Assembly: GCA_905178155.1 (NCBI GenBank)
Contig: CAJINV010000004.1
Span: 5,992,828-6,056,827 of the forward strand
Direction: 5' to 3'
From: Amoebophrya sp. A120
Lineage: Eukaryota; Protista; Dinoflagellata
Length of the DNA stretch: 64,000 nucleotides
A program made the position numbers and the translations under genes. The notes beneath the pieces are model-generated. The model saw nothing but the letters and a program-made list of their open reading frames with translations. It made no database searches and had not been told where the DNA came from. This document shows positions 49,128-62,000 of this stretch, piece after piece (positions within the stretch are counted from its first letter, which is position 1; each line of letters starts with the position of its first letter).

Positions 49128-49990
49128 AGAGGATCCCGCAGAGGATTCCGCAGAGGATTCCAAAATCCTCTCAGGAATCCTCTGGCCCAAGTTGAGCCGT
49201 CCCCCGCGCCCTTTCCCCGACGGCAGTGCCTCGATTTCGGGGGAGGATTCCGCAGAGGATTCCTGAGAGGATTCCAAAATCCTCTCAGGAATCCTCTGGC
49301 CCAAGTTGCGCCGTCTCTCGCGCCCTTTCGCCGACGGCAGTGCCTCGATTTCGCGGGAGGATTCCACAGAGGATTCCTCAGAGGATTCCAAAATCCTCTC
49401 AGGAATCCTCTGGCCCAAGTTGCGCCGTCTTCCGCGCCCTTTCCCCGGCGGCAGTGCCTTGATTTCGGGGGAGGATTCCGCAGAGGATTCCACAGAGGAT
49501 TCCAAAATCCTCTCAGGAATCCTCTGGCCCAAGTTGAGCCGTCTTCCGCGCCCTTTCCCCGGCGGCAGTGCCTCGATTTCGGGGGAGGATTCCACAGAGG
49601 ATTCCGCAGAGGATTCCGCCGAGGATTCCAAAATCCTCTCAGGAATCCCGTGGCCCAAGTTGAGCCGTCTTCCGCGCCCTTACCCCGGCGGCACTACCTC
49701 GATTTCGCGAGAGGATTCCGCAGAGGATTCTGCAGAGGATTCCAAAATCCCCACCCTCAGGAATCCTCTGGCCCAAGTTGGCCCGTCCCTCGCGCCCTTT
49801 CCCCGACGGCACTGCCTCGATTCCGGGCGCGGATTCCACAGAGGATTCCGCAGAGGATTCCGAAATCCTCTCGGGAACCCTCTGGCCCAAGTTGAGCCGT
49901 CTTCCGCGCCCTTCCCCCGGCGGTATTGCCTCGATTTCGGAAGAGGATTCCTGAGAGGATTCCAAAATCCTCTCCGGAATCCTCCGGCCG
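49128..49990. repeat. Tandem array of ~7 units of ~114-126 bp with GAGGATTCC subrepeats
   Basis: gaggattccaaaatcctctcaggaatcctctggcccaagttg recurs every ~114-126 bp. Confidence 0.92.
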
Positions 49991-50452
49991 GATTCGCGCC
50001 GTCCTTCGCGGTCTTTCCCCGCCGGCACAGCGTCGATTTCGGGCACCGCGGCAAACCGGCGCACATTTTGGAAGATTTTGGAACGCACTCGAGTGCAGGG
50101 CATCGCGGCAAACCGGCGCGCATTCTCTCGATTCTCAAGGCCTCGGGTGGTTGTGCGGACGCCTCCTGTTTCTGTGTGGTTGTCGCATCTCGATCCTGCT
50201 GCTGGTTGTCAACGCGCCGCTTTGACAACCAGCAACACGCTGACAACTTGGAAGAACCAAGCCGAAACAAGAAATGTGCGCCGGTTTGCCGGTGCCGGTG
50301 CCCGTGCCCACCGCCAACGCGGCAAGGGCAAGGACCCCTAAGGCGGGAGCCTCTGGCGCAAGGGCGCACCCGCCCCGGGCTGGCCGGGTGTCCGTCGGGG
50401 AGGGAGTGAAACCCCGCGACGCCGGCGCAGTCCGAGGGGCAAGCACGAATAT

Positions 50453-51205
50453 CGGATCCCTCCTGGCAAGGGGAGATCCCCGGAGGCTGGGGCGAACGCA
50501 CCGGGGCGAGGGCGGATCCCCCGAGCTGAGGAGGATCCCCCCAAAGAAAGTTCGTAGGCTGGACCCCCCGAGGGCGCGCGGATCCGCGGGAGGCGGGCCG
50601 GCCCTCCGGGGCGAGGGCGGATCCCCCGAAGAACCGGCGGACCCCCCGGGGCGCGGGCGGATCCCCCGCAGAACAGGCGGATCCCCGGGGAGCGGGCGGA
50701 TCCCCCGGAGAACCGGTGGGCCCCCCGGGCGAAGGCGGATCCCCCGGGGTGCGGGCGGAGCCCCCGGGGAACGGGCGCATCCCCCGGGAACGGGCGGATG
50801 CCCGAGGAACAAGCGGATCCCCTGGGCGAAGGCGGATCCCCGGGGAACGGGCGGACGGGACCCCCTGGGCGAAGGCGGATCCCCGGGGTGCGGGCGGACC
50901 CCCGGGAGCGGGCGGATCCCCTGAGCGAAGGCGGATCCCCGGGAGCGGGCGGATCCCCTGCGCGAAGGCGGATCCCCGGCGGGCGGATCCCCTGAGCGAA
51001 GGCGGTTCCCCGGGGAAGGGGCGGATCCCCTGGGCGAACGAAGGCGGATCCCCGGGGAACGGGCGGATCCCCTGGGCGAAGGCGGATCCCCGGGGAACGG
51101 GCGGATCCCCTGGGCGAAGGCGGATCCCCGGGGAGCGGGCGGATCCCCGAGTAACAGGCGGATCCCCGGGGAGCGGGCGGATCCCCGTGGAGAGGCGGAT
51201 CCCCC
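50453..51205. repeat. GC-rich minisatellite, ~20-bp units with GGCGGATCCCC core
   Basis: Dozens of ggcggatcccc copies. Confidence 0.92.
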
Positions 51206-51469
51206 AAAAAACAAGAGAAATCGAAATCACGATGCTATGAGTATTTATTTTTCGTCATTCTAAACACAAGAAAACCACGCTGCCGTCGTGTTTCGCTGGT
51301 TTGGGTCTCAGAGCGTCAGGGTCTCTATTTTTTTCCGCTTGCCAATGTGGTTTAGTCGCAAGGACAGTGGACCAATAACGAAACTCACAGCCAATGCTTG
51401 ATCTGTAGTTCTCGCTCGGCTCGCAGAGCGGACAAGAGGAAAAGGAATAAAGCTCTTGCATGTACTTGT

Positions 51470-53700
51470 ACTTCTTCATCGCACGACACTGTTTTTCAAC
51501 AATGACGGTTCGTGTATCAACGAGAGCGTGGATTATTTTCTGCGCCAGCGCAGGAGGAGACAGTGCAACAACTCCTACTCGAGCAGCGTTCTACTCCGTT
51601 ATGATATGTCTCAAAGCCAGTACCACGGCAATATCTTGACCCAATTCCAGGGGTACAAATACTCGTAGTAGTCGGCTTGCTATCCAAGAAAAAAAGAGTG
51701 TATAGTGTAACTCTGACTGCTTTCGTTTTGATTTTGGTTTTGGAGGAACAGCATTACAAAGCTGTCCGGCATGACAGCAAAGAATCTTGTATCATGCGCA
51801 AGTAGCACGTCCGAGAAAAGCACTTCAATGCTTGGTATCTTCTCATCATGGGGCCTGCCAGTCATGCATGACCAGCATGACAGAGCCAGCCGCTTTATTG
51901 GTTTTGCATCTTGCACATCTTGACAAGGTTACACTAAACAATCTTTTCTTCTTGCATATCTGCCGCTCCTTCTCCGCGGAAGAGGCACAGTTATCTTCGT
52001 ATAACCTGCTCAGGTGCTGCAATCTCAAACGATAGCAACAAATTCCTGACTTTCTATTGCATCATCAGTATCATGAGAAACACACAGAGCAGCGTCCTTC
52101 CCCTTGCCCTTCCGCTTTTTGCAATGCAAATTTTGCCGCACCATTCTCATGCGGTTTGGGACAACTCCAGCTCTAGATCCAGACGAAATTGTCATGTGCA
52201 TTCATTCCTGTGAGAGCAGGCCAGATCACAACTGTGCACTTCTTGCATCACAAACACAAATCGAAATCTGCGTTTCTATTTTGATATACAGGTGAGATTA
52301 CAAACCTGGGCGGGCCATATTTCGCTCGAACTTTTCAAGTACTGAACGCGCTGCGGATACTTCTTTTCCAGCCACTTCAGGTGCAGCCAGTGCTGGCTTT
52401 CCGGCGTCTATCCATTTTTGCAGAAGTATCTATCGTGCCCGTACGGTAGTAATCACGACCAGGACAAAAATTATGCATGACGACTACAAATGCAAATCGA
52501 CCTAACGTTAAGTGCGTCAGCATATACAAATTCCAATTTCCCTGCGAGGAAAGTTTGCAATACTACTTACTAGAACGATACTTTTGCAATGCATAGTGTC
52601 GCACTGCGGTCGATTTGCACCGAGCCGCCGCCCTGGCTGACCATCTCCCGGATGGTTACACCGCACATGCACTGCCAGTCGTCTCGGAGCCCAACATATG
52701 CATTGCAAATAGATTCTTTTACTTCGTCAGTGAGCATATAATCTGATTTTTCTCGGTGAGTGCAGATGTTTCTAGTGTAGTTTTCCATGCAGATTTTCCA
52801 TGCCCCACGAAAGCTGGAATCCGGCAGGAGCGTCAGCATCACAGATTCACCTGGACGGTCTTTGTAATCCCGAATTATCTGCACGAGAAATCAATCTCTT
52901 GTTCTACTCAGCAGGTCCAAAATAACGGACCGCTGCTTTTGCTCCTGCTCCGCTACTGCAAGTACAAAATAGTGATAGGAGATGTTTCTGTTTGCGTGAT
53001 CATCCGCGGAAAGCATCTTCACGAGCTTGTAAATGAATGTCGTGGACATCGACCTATTTGCAGTGGATACAAAACCGTCGGTGCACTTGCCCTTGTACAG
53101 CTTCGCTTCTTGCTTGAGAAACGCGCTGTTCGGCTTTGCGCAGATCGCCCGCTTGCACAGGTCGCCGCTATCCGAGTGCACAACGCGGCCTCCTCACCTT
53201 CATTTGTCCTCTTCACACAGAATGTCAATGTTGAGAATACCAAATCCACATCTTAATCTTTTCTTTGGGTTTAAGCACCAGTGTCTGCATGACAACTTTC
53301 GGAACAACCTCAAACAATAACTACGGTCCGTGTGCAAGAGCACGCGCAGCTGCGGAACAAGATAGATTTAGAACTTCATGCGAATATTAAACGCAACAGC
53401 GTTGATCTTGATTTGCGACCTTGCTTCTTTCCGTTGCTGCTCGTGCCTTTCAAACGATGGGGTTGGGGTCGTGAGAAGCAGCTGTGTGCACTCTGATAGT
53501 CGTCAGATTCGGTGCAGAATCCATCGCCGAGAAAGGAGCCGTTGCTCGCTGTGCCCGTTCCGCACTTTTGCAATGCGTCGCCCAGGACGGAAAGCGGTTT
53601 CATTTTTGATACGGGGCCCGGGGTGTCGTCCTCGTGAAGATACGGTGGCTGAGTGGCGCAGCTTTCTTCACGGTCCACACGTCGACGCGCTGGCTTTCAC
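51470..53700 (-). CDS. Hypothetical multi-exon gene with decayed introners; boundaries uncertain
   Basis: Short Cys-containing minus-strand exon-like ORFs alternate with motif-bearing TAT..ATA inserts. Confidence 0.35.
51681..51958. mobile_element. Diverged introner, family K
   Basis: TATCCAAGAAAAAAAGA..TCTTTTCTTCTTGCATA; DR cttgc/tctgc; GCATNACA motifs. Confidence 0.65.
52409..52595. mobile_element. Diverged family A introner
   Basis: Right TIR GATACTTTTGCAATGCATA; DR gcgtc/gtgtc. Confidence 0.75.
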
Positions 53701-54161
53701 TTTGTCTTTGAAGGGCCGTAGCACGACGGCTTCGACTGTGACCCGCAGAAGAAAAAAACAACTACATGTAGTAGACACAGGTGAAGTATGGCGTCAACCC
53801 GCTGCGTTACAGTGGTCACGTCCGCGTTGAGTAGTACTTACTACAAGTAGTAAAACTCTCGGCAACTACACGACCAGCCCGAGGTAGAGTTTTCCTCGCT
53901 TGTTCTGGTCATCTACCGGAGACAGCAGGACACGACCTGCCACGAACGACGAAACGAACCGGCCGCTCCACCTCACGAGCATCTCACGGGCATCGTCCCT
54001 GTAGTCCATCATCTCAGCGCTTCACTTCTTGTCGACGACGTTCTCCGATGTAAACAACGAGCAGGTCTGAAACCGAGTGCTTCTTCATTTATTTGCTCAG
54101 CACAACGAATCAAAAGTCGCTTCAGTGCAGTTTCTTGCGGCCCGAAGAGTTTCTGATGTAT

Positions 54162-57100
54162 TTACCGCGGATCACCCCCCGGGGCACGCTGTCGCTGTGC
54201 CGGACGAATTCTCACTCCGTAATTATTTTTGCTTTCGATCTTCACGACGCTAGCGAAGGTCTCGTTTCTAGCACTCGTCGGGGTAGTTGTACTTGATGTT
54301 CTAGTACGCTCGTCCTGGTGCGTGATGTTGATGTCTTCATCTACCGGTAAATCATTATCATCTGCATCTCGACCTCCTCCACGTGCTCCTGGGTCGACGA
54401 GCGACGTGAAGAGACTCTCGACGAGAAGCAGGCTGTTTTCTAGAAGTTCCGGAGGTCTTGAAGTCATCATCGCGAAAAATTCCTCCATCCCGTCTGCCAG
54501 CTTGGCTGCGTCCACCAGGACGTCACGCCGGATCCAGTGATTTAGCTCCGTCCCGAGCGACGCCTCCTTTTCCTTCTCCGTCCTCGGGTTGCCGAGAAGG
54601 CACAAGTGCGGCACGTCGAATACCAGGCCCATCCCGCCGTAGGCATACATCGGCGTGTTGTTCCAGCCCTTGCGGCACAGTTCCGTAGCCAGCTGCGCCA
54701 TAAACGGCATCAGTTCGATGACCCCCTTGGAGAACGGCAACCAGGAGAGCGCCTGTCCGTGCGGACCGATCAGCAGGCTGTTCTGAACGATTCGGTGCTG
54801 CATCCGGATCGAGAAAAGGCTCAGGTCCACCGCGAAAAATTCTATCGTTGGGGAAGCAGAAACAGCATCTTCCTCTGCTCGTCCGTCCGCAGAGGACCAC
54901 GATGGTGGATCCCTTGTTTCTTCATCCCGTCTCGACGTTGAAGTGGTCCCAGAATTATACGAGAAGCGAAGACACACGGCTTTCAGCACTGCCGCCAAAT
55001 TCTCGACGCGGCGCGAATCACCGAACCGCAGCGCGAAGACGACGCGCAAGACGCGACTTGGAGCCGCGCCTCCACCGGTGTTCTTGAAAGAGGTTCTTGC
55101 TGTACTTCTACTAGCATCTCGTGCTGTTGTACAACTATACAAAAAAAAAGACCCCATCCATTTTTTGCATGACACACAACGGATTTTAGCTTTAGGCATG
55201 TTTTGCCGCATGAAAATTTGCAAGGGGAAGATGGGTCTTTTTTTGTGGATATGTTGTTCCACTCGTAGTCGAGAGAACCCCGCCTCTCATCTTTACAGTC
55301 ATGACCACGCCGCCGACCAGATGATTCAGCGAGCACGGGAAAGGCGAAGTAGCTTCTTCTTCTTCACCTCCACTGGCACCGGCGATGACTTGTTCCTGCA
55401 GGGTGCTACGTGTCGTGCTCCCGTCCTCCGAGGCGGCGGGGGCTGTGGTTCTAATACCTCCGGGTGGTCGTGCTGTGCTGAGAGGTGCCACCACATCTCT
55501 GTCGAGCTGGTTGGCCTGGTCTCGCAACCGCTCCTCGTCCATTATTTCCTCCGAGAAAGGTCCTGATCCACCAGAACGCCAGGCTGCGTTGACTTGGTTC
55601 ACAAAGGCCGACTTGATACCGCGCCATGTGCTATCCAAATGAGGAAAAACAGGACCTACCCACGAGATGAACGCCATACCTGTATATGCAAATCCGGTTC
55701 CGGATGCCCGGAATTATCAAATGATGTGTCTCATGCGCAGGAGCCGCATGTTGAGAAGATGCATTGATGCGGTTTTGCTCTACACCTATAGAAATTTGTC
55801 ATGCTCGAGCAATCAGAATGAGAAAGTGGGCTAGCGCTAGTCCTAATCCGGCTATAATATACCTCAATAAACGAGACTAAATCCACAAAAAATCGCACTG
55901 TCTTGCAGATCGCTCAAATCTTCGTGATTTACCATCTGTATCTTAAGGATGGCGAGCGCGCAGTGGGCAATTCTTCGGGTAGGAACGTTCAATTATTTGC
56001 AGAGGATATGAGCCCTTATCGCGGCCGAACAGGGTGACGTGCTCCACACCCCATTGCGAGCCAGCGGCGTAGCACTGAGTAGAGGGCCATGAGGGAGAAA
56101 AGGCGTCGGATTCCGCGTTGCTGGATGACGACGACGCCGACGACGACGCCGCCGCCTCCGCGGGTGTCCTGAGCCAGACTATTGAAAGGAAAAACTCCCC
56201 CTCCCCATATTGAGCAGGTATGTTTCCGAAAATTTGCGTTGCTGAATTGAGGTCACAAATCGCATTTGTCTTGCAAGAAGGCAAGTCCACAGGTTCCGCC
56301 GCATTTTGCAGGCGGTTCGTCATGCTGTTGGGCCTACAGCACAGACACTTTTCATGCTAAACGCCTTGGCCAAAGCCTCTCTACTCAAACTTGATATGGG
56401 CGCGGAGTCCTCTCCAGCAAGACAAATCTGATTTTTGTACACAAATCCAGCATCAGAAATTCCGTTTTGATATGGGGACGGGGGATTTTCCTTTTGATAC
56501 AGACCAGTTCTGTCCTTCTACGTGTTCTTCCAGCAGGACGAGCTTGCTCCAGCAAAACCGGAAGAAACGCCTGCATCAACGGGGCGGAAGGGTTACACGG
56601 CCGCTCGACGGTCCTCGCAGCATCACCAGGCCCCCCGGCTAAGCTGCTGGTTAAGCAATCCAGCACGAGAAAGTCAAAGTGGCCCTGTCGGAGCTCCACT
56701 GCGAGGGGTGCCAGCAGGTGCACGGCGTGCCACATGTTCTCCGTCGCGGGTTGCGTCACACGCACCAGCAGGGCTCGGCGGTGGTCGGTCTTCATCTGCG
56801 AAAACGTCCTCGAGGAGCGGGGGCCTGAGCCAGAGGACAGAAGTACTTCTGCATTTTCTATTTCATCTCGCGCAAAACCAGGAAGAACCCTCTGATCGCC
56901 CGTGACCTGCCTCGCATTCACTCGACGGTACTCGCCGTAGCTGTCGGCGCAGTGCGCGAGCCACATTGGGTAGGACGATGAGGTTGTTGATGATTGCGGT
57001 TGTTCACCATGTTGATCTTGTCCAGTTGTAGTTGTACTAATACGCAGGTCCTGCTCTGCGGAAAAATACTTTTGATTTTGAAAATTCAGTGTGATTTCGC

Positions 57101-58864
57101 CCGTGCTTTCATCCACACAAACCTCGGGCAAGGAGCGCACCACGCACTCGGAACGTGCAAAGCTTTTCCGCCGCGCAGGAAGGTGCGTCCAGGCCTTTCC
57201 GCCACTCTGTATGGCTCGCCGAAATTCCGCGACGCCCGGGCCCTGCACGCCCGTAAACGGGGTGTGGTCGAAACAGTCGCCGGAGGTCTGCAAAAGCCTG
57301 GCGACTTGACGCTGCAACGATAGCCTCCCCTGGCGGTGGTGCTCGTCCTGGTCGTCCGACGGGGTTGAGGATGGCGGGTTGAGCGCGTTGGCGTTTCCAT
57401 TTTCTATGCATTGCAAACATGTCAATAGTTGGGTCTGGAAATCTTGTGTGTTGCAGTGCCGGCACGTCATCAATTGAAGAGAAATATTAACAACGGCTTG
57501 GGCTTGTGCAACGGCATGACATCAACAGCATCAGAAGTTTTTTGTTTCCTCAGCTTCTACTTTCGGGTTCATTCGTAAATAGCAAGAAAAAATACCTGCT
57601 TCCAGCAGCGCGGCAGAGAAACTCGACACTCGTACCGAGTTTTCCATGGATACTCGACACACACTCAATTTCAAACCCTCCAGACACTACATTTGCAATG
57701 CATATTCTCGCGCAGTACTTCATCATCATGATTCTCTCCGCCGACAGCGAGGACGCACGCAGTTTTCTGCAACACCTCGAAGACTTCGCACGTGGTCATG
57801 GTCGGCGCCTTTTTTGCAGCAGGACCCTGCGCAAAACTGCGCTCTTCGTCAATCGCTTCCCGTAAAAACTCGCCGCACTGGATATCACAATGAAAAGTGC
57901 CCCGCTCATGGTCATGATGACAGTTAGAATAAGTGTGTCTGATCCAAGAAAGTCACTTCCGAAGGGAACGAAGGCTTTGCTCTTCCTTGTATGAGAAGAC
58001 CACTATGAGTTTGTCTGATCATCTGCATCTTCCAGCAGAGTCTGGCTAGGGTTCTTGCATAGGCATAGCGTCTTATCATGCTATTGCATGAAAAGGGCGT
58101 TAGTTTTCAATTATATCATACTGGAAGAACTCATAGGCAGCAGCCCGGGACTGGTCACTTGGCGGCACCGGAGTAGTACCATCACTCGTAGTTCCTCCTC
58201 CCGACTTTCGGAAGAAAGAATCGAAAGCATTGGTGAAGAAGCTGATGGTCTCGGGCATGTCGCGACAGGCACAGTGTGTGTGTGCAGAAATAGAAATCGT
58301 CGAGAGCGTCGCCCTCGGCGCCTGGTGGTCCTGTGGAGGTTCTCCATGACCCCCTCGTCCTCCCGGTCGCAGGTCGGTTTCTTGGCTTTGCTCGAGGAGG
58401 AGCTCGTAGCGGTTCCTGCGTCCCGCAAAAATCTCCCGGTGGAAGTAGTCGTAACCATGACGGTGGATATCATCGTCATCCTGGAGTAGAGCAGATCCGT
58501 CGTGGGCCTCTCCTTCGCTATCCAAGTGGAAAACAGTGGTCGACGTCGTGTTCTCTGCGTCGTGGTCTTCATCTGTAACTGTATGTTCATCGTCGACCCT
58601 CCTTATAATCTCCTTCTGGTCGTAGTTGTAGTACTCGTAAGTATTGTATCGCACCCCGCCCTCGCGCAGCATGTACTCAGTCATGTTTTGGTGTTGCGGC
58701 AAGAGCCACGCTCCGAGGATCCGGCTCATGCGCTCCACTTTGCGAAACATCCACGGGGACGACGAGGTAGTTGCCAGGAGAGTATCTCCACCGCCCTGGG
58801 CCGCGGGAGGATGAACCGCTGCGGCTGTCGCGGCCCCTTCTGCGAAGAACAACATCTTGATCAT
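54162..58864 (-). CDS. Glycosyltransferase family 61 (DUF563)-like protein; multi-exon
   Basis: ENMWHAVH and SIRMQHRIVQNSLLIGPHGQALSWLPF..VIELMP resemble the GT61 N..H and G.HGA.L..VIEL.P motifs. Confidence 0.65.
55136..55251. mobile_element. Introner, family H (DR diverged)
   Basis: TATACAAAAAAAAAGACCC..GGGTCTTTTTTTGTGGATA; element+5 removal is in frame. Confidence 0.8.
56180..56499. mobile_element. Introner, family G (opposite orientation to 37198)
   Basis: CCCCCTCCCCATAT TIR; DR cagac/cagac. Confidence 0.88.
57405..57704. mobile_element. Diverged family B-like introner
   Basis: TATGCATTGCAAA / TTTGCAATGCATA; DR ttttc/ttctc. Confidence 0.75.
57883..58120. mobile_element. Diverged family D-like introner
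   Basis: TATCACAATGAAAAGTGCCC..TTTTCAATTATATCATA; DR ctgga/ctgga. Confidence 0.72.
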
Positions 58865-59553
58865 TTAGTTTTATTTCTAATTGCTTGAAACAACAAGTGC
58901 AAGTCAGAAACAGAATCAAAAGTCATGCGCGAGGCCGCCTGGGGCTGGGCGCTACTTTCCAACGAAATAAAGGTAAACCCACTTCAGTGGATCTCGATCT
59001 TGATCTTCGCACGGTCAGCGCACCACCAGCACGATCTGTCAATGATCCGAAAGCAGGCAGCAGGAGACGAGAGACAGCGGGGGGAGGCTGCATCAACCGA
59101 ATTCACGATGAAAAACCGATAATGTTGCCAGAAGGATATTCTGAGTCTGTAGAACTTTCTGCTTGCGAACACCAACGCCGATAATGTCAAAGTCAACTTG
59201 AGCATTCTTGTACGGCGAGAAATAATATCGCTCTCCTCGAAAGGTGCAGCTGCCTGTAGTTGCCGCGCTGGGCATCTTTATGGTGATCGACATGATTTTC
59301 ACAGATTGTCATTTGAAGATGACTGCTTTACAAACTAGGACACAAGGATCGATCCATTTGCGCTTACAACGTGGGAGGGCAAACATGAAGAAAAATAAAG
59401 CGCCAAATCATCCTACAATACAGAGCTCAACTGCAGCTGCACGTGTCTAAGTCTAGCGCAATGTGTAGGAGTAAGTCAGTGTAAGTCGTCGCGGTCGTGG
59501 CAAATGCAACTTGAACCCTTGTTAGTCACGTACAATTTCAATTGAAAAACAAC

Positions 59554-61289
59554 TTATCGCCCCCAGTCGTACCGACGATACCGCGTGATCACATCCAGCA
59601 GCCACGGTGGACAATCTGGATGGTTTGCCCAAAATTCGTTGAAAAAGTGAATTCTTCCGTGGTCAATACCCGGAATGACGCGCGACGTCGCCTTGATTGT
59701 ATTAAGATTCTGCCCTCCTGGAAGAGTTTTTCCTCCTGGTGGAAGTGGCACGGCCTTCTCTTGCAATTCGGCAATTAGCTCCAACACCGTGCGCCAGTTC
59801 TGGATCCGTATTTGCTGTTCCTCCGGTAAGTCGCCCGCGGCGTTCTGAATCAGTGGGTGTTCCCCGCAAAGTATCCTGGCTGTCTCTTCTGTCACGCGGG
59901 TCGGGGCACCGGGTTCCGCATTCCCCTCTTTGTCGGTCGGCCAAATATCGTGTGCAAAAGTATTATCGCGGTCGTGGCTACGAAGTTGCCCGAGCCCGTG
60001 CGTGGTCGTAGTAAAAGGAAAAGAAAACTAATTGCTTTTGCTGCCATGTATAACAAATCTCCTCGCTGACCTGATTCTGCATGGCAAATTCCATTTTTAG
60101 TAATCATCATGCAATACAGTACAACTACTACTCGTGCGATACTCCTGATTTTGCAATTTGCATACCACGCCCACCAGGCCCAGTGTGAGCGTTTCGCGCC
60201 GTGCTCCTGTAGCTCGGCGAGAATGCGTGGCAGGTGCTGGAACTGACGCTGCACCAGCTGCTGAACCTGAAAAAAATAAAATTAATATGTTGAACATGTC
60301 CTAGCACAAAATTAAGAACCCATCGTGAGTACTAAGTAAGAATAAGAAAATGTATTGTAGTATCATATGAACAAAAAGAGAGCCCTAAAAGCACTGCGCA
60401 TGTCGACGTCGAGCTGTTTGTTCTTTGTGCTGCAGATAAAACACGTGGATCGTTGTAGCCAATTCTCAACACAAAAAAAAACTACCGCCTCGAGGTCGTC
60501 TGGCGGAATCTTCTTGTTGTCGCGACTTTGGTTGTTATTTGTCGTGCCCATCTGGCGCGTGCCGTTTTTCACAGCACCAAGCGACGATGTTGAAGGCTCA
60601 ACAGACCGCGGGGAAGGGGATTGCGCGCCGCTCGCTCCTGTTGCCGGTCCTCGTCGTGGGGGCTCCCGACGAGTATGGTCGTGTGCTGATGGTGCCAACG
60701 CGGCCGCTACCGCAGACGAGGAACCGGAGGCTGACGACAGGGGACTATTGCTCATCTGATTTTGTACGGGCGCATCATTTTTAGGGCTTGTTTGATATGC
60801 ATCAACAACCGGGGCAGACAACTCAGAACAAGTCGTCGTAGTCGTACAGATGATACTGGTCGTCCTTACAAAGCTGGGCCCTCGCTTCAAACAGCAGGCT
60901 AGCGAATTTTTCAACAGTGGAGGCTTTATTTGCGCCGCCGGAAGATCGTCAGCGACCACCATGAAGGTGGAAGACGATGCCCTCAGCACTCCGCTAGCTG
61001 CTCTCCTCATTAAGAACGGCCTCATTTTATTTATCGCTCGGAGAGTTCGTTTTCGCACCGGTCGTGCTTTTTTACTATTCATTTTCTTTTTCACGGATGA
61101 AGTTTTATTTTGAATACGGGGAAAATAACGCCTACAATGCCGTCTTTTGCGCAGGAAAAAAAATAGCTTCCGTGTAGTGTAATATCCGGTCGAGTTCATC
61201 TTGGAGCCGCAGGTCGCTCCAGAAACCTTCTTTTTATGCGCCGGCTTTCGCTTACGCTTTGTTTTCTTCACCATCACTTTGGCGGCCAT
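59554..61289 (-). CDS. DUF1810 (Rv1873-like) domain protein; N-terminal exon assignment uncertain
   Basis: ILAELQEHGAKRSHWAWWAW|PT resembles the EL..G.K.SHWMW..FP motif. Confidence 0.55.
59946..60164. mobile_element. Diverged family A introner
   Basis: TATCGTGTGCAAAAGTA..TTTTGCAATTTGCATA; DR ccaaa/ccacg; frame restored. Confidence 0.78.
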
Positions 61290-62000
61290 GCATCTGAGTG
61301 ACAGTAGGAGAACCAGGAAACGATCGCTGTCGTGAGATAAGTAATACCTCGTCCTAGAATATCAAAACCAGAGGAAGAGCTGTTTCAGCAACATCACAGG
61401 CTCTTCATCATCTAAAATTGTTGTCGCTCGAGACAACTCTACCATTCCACTGATGTGACAATTAGACCGGAGGGTAGTAAAGAACACGGTTAACGAACCA
61501 CGTGACAAGGCAACTCATAGGAGCGGACTAGAAATCAACATCTGTAATCTGTCGCCGCTCAAGCGCGTTTTCTTGAGCTATAGTTTTCTCTTCTTCAAAT
61601 TATGCGCGTCGTCGTGGAAGAGGTCGACATTGACATTCTCTTTCATTGGTTAGTAGTAGTATTGATTTGAATTTCGTAATCATCTTCCCCACAGTGAGAT
61701 TATGTTTGTCGTCAGTCGCGGTCACGATTCGATTGGCTTATGGTTATGAGGAAATAAGCGGGAGCGCGTTTATGTTTCGCATGCGCAGTACTTTTTTTGA
61801 TGAACGTCACGAAGCCGAGGACAACAAGCGGTTTATCAAGTACGAGTTCTGCTTGTACTGTGGATTTATTTTCTTACAACATCATCATCATCAGTAAAAG
61901 ATGAGCGCACCAAGCATGCCAATCATGAAGGTGGAAGTGGATCTTGTTCTTTTAGTATGTCATCTACTTCGTACTGTCTGCCGTGTAGATCCTCTTCACC

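Larger units (their letters stand above)
48865..51325. mobile_element. Intergenic non-autonomous DNA transposon (MULE/hAT-like) filled with satellites
   Basis: TIR GAGAAAGTGACGCTGTGAGACCCAG / TTGGGTCTCAGAGCGTCAGGGTCTC; perfect 8-bp TSD tatttttt. Confidence 0.82.

Noticed and set aside
49128-49990. Possible CRISPR array
   Set aside because: Intervening segments are near-identical rather than unique spacers; no cas genes; eukaryotic context.
48954-51240. Long ORFs of 200-500 aa on both strands
   Set aside because: Stop-free by-products of GC-rich tandem repeats; repetitive translations in all frames.
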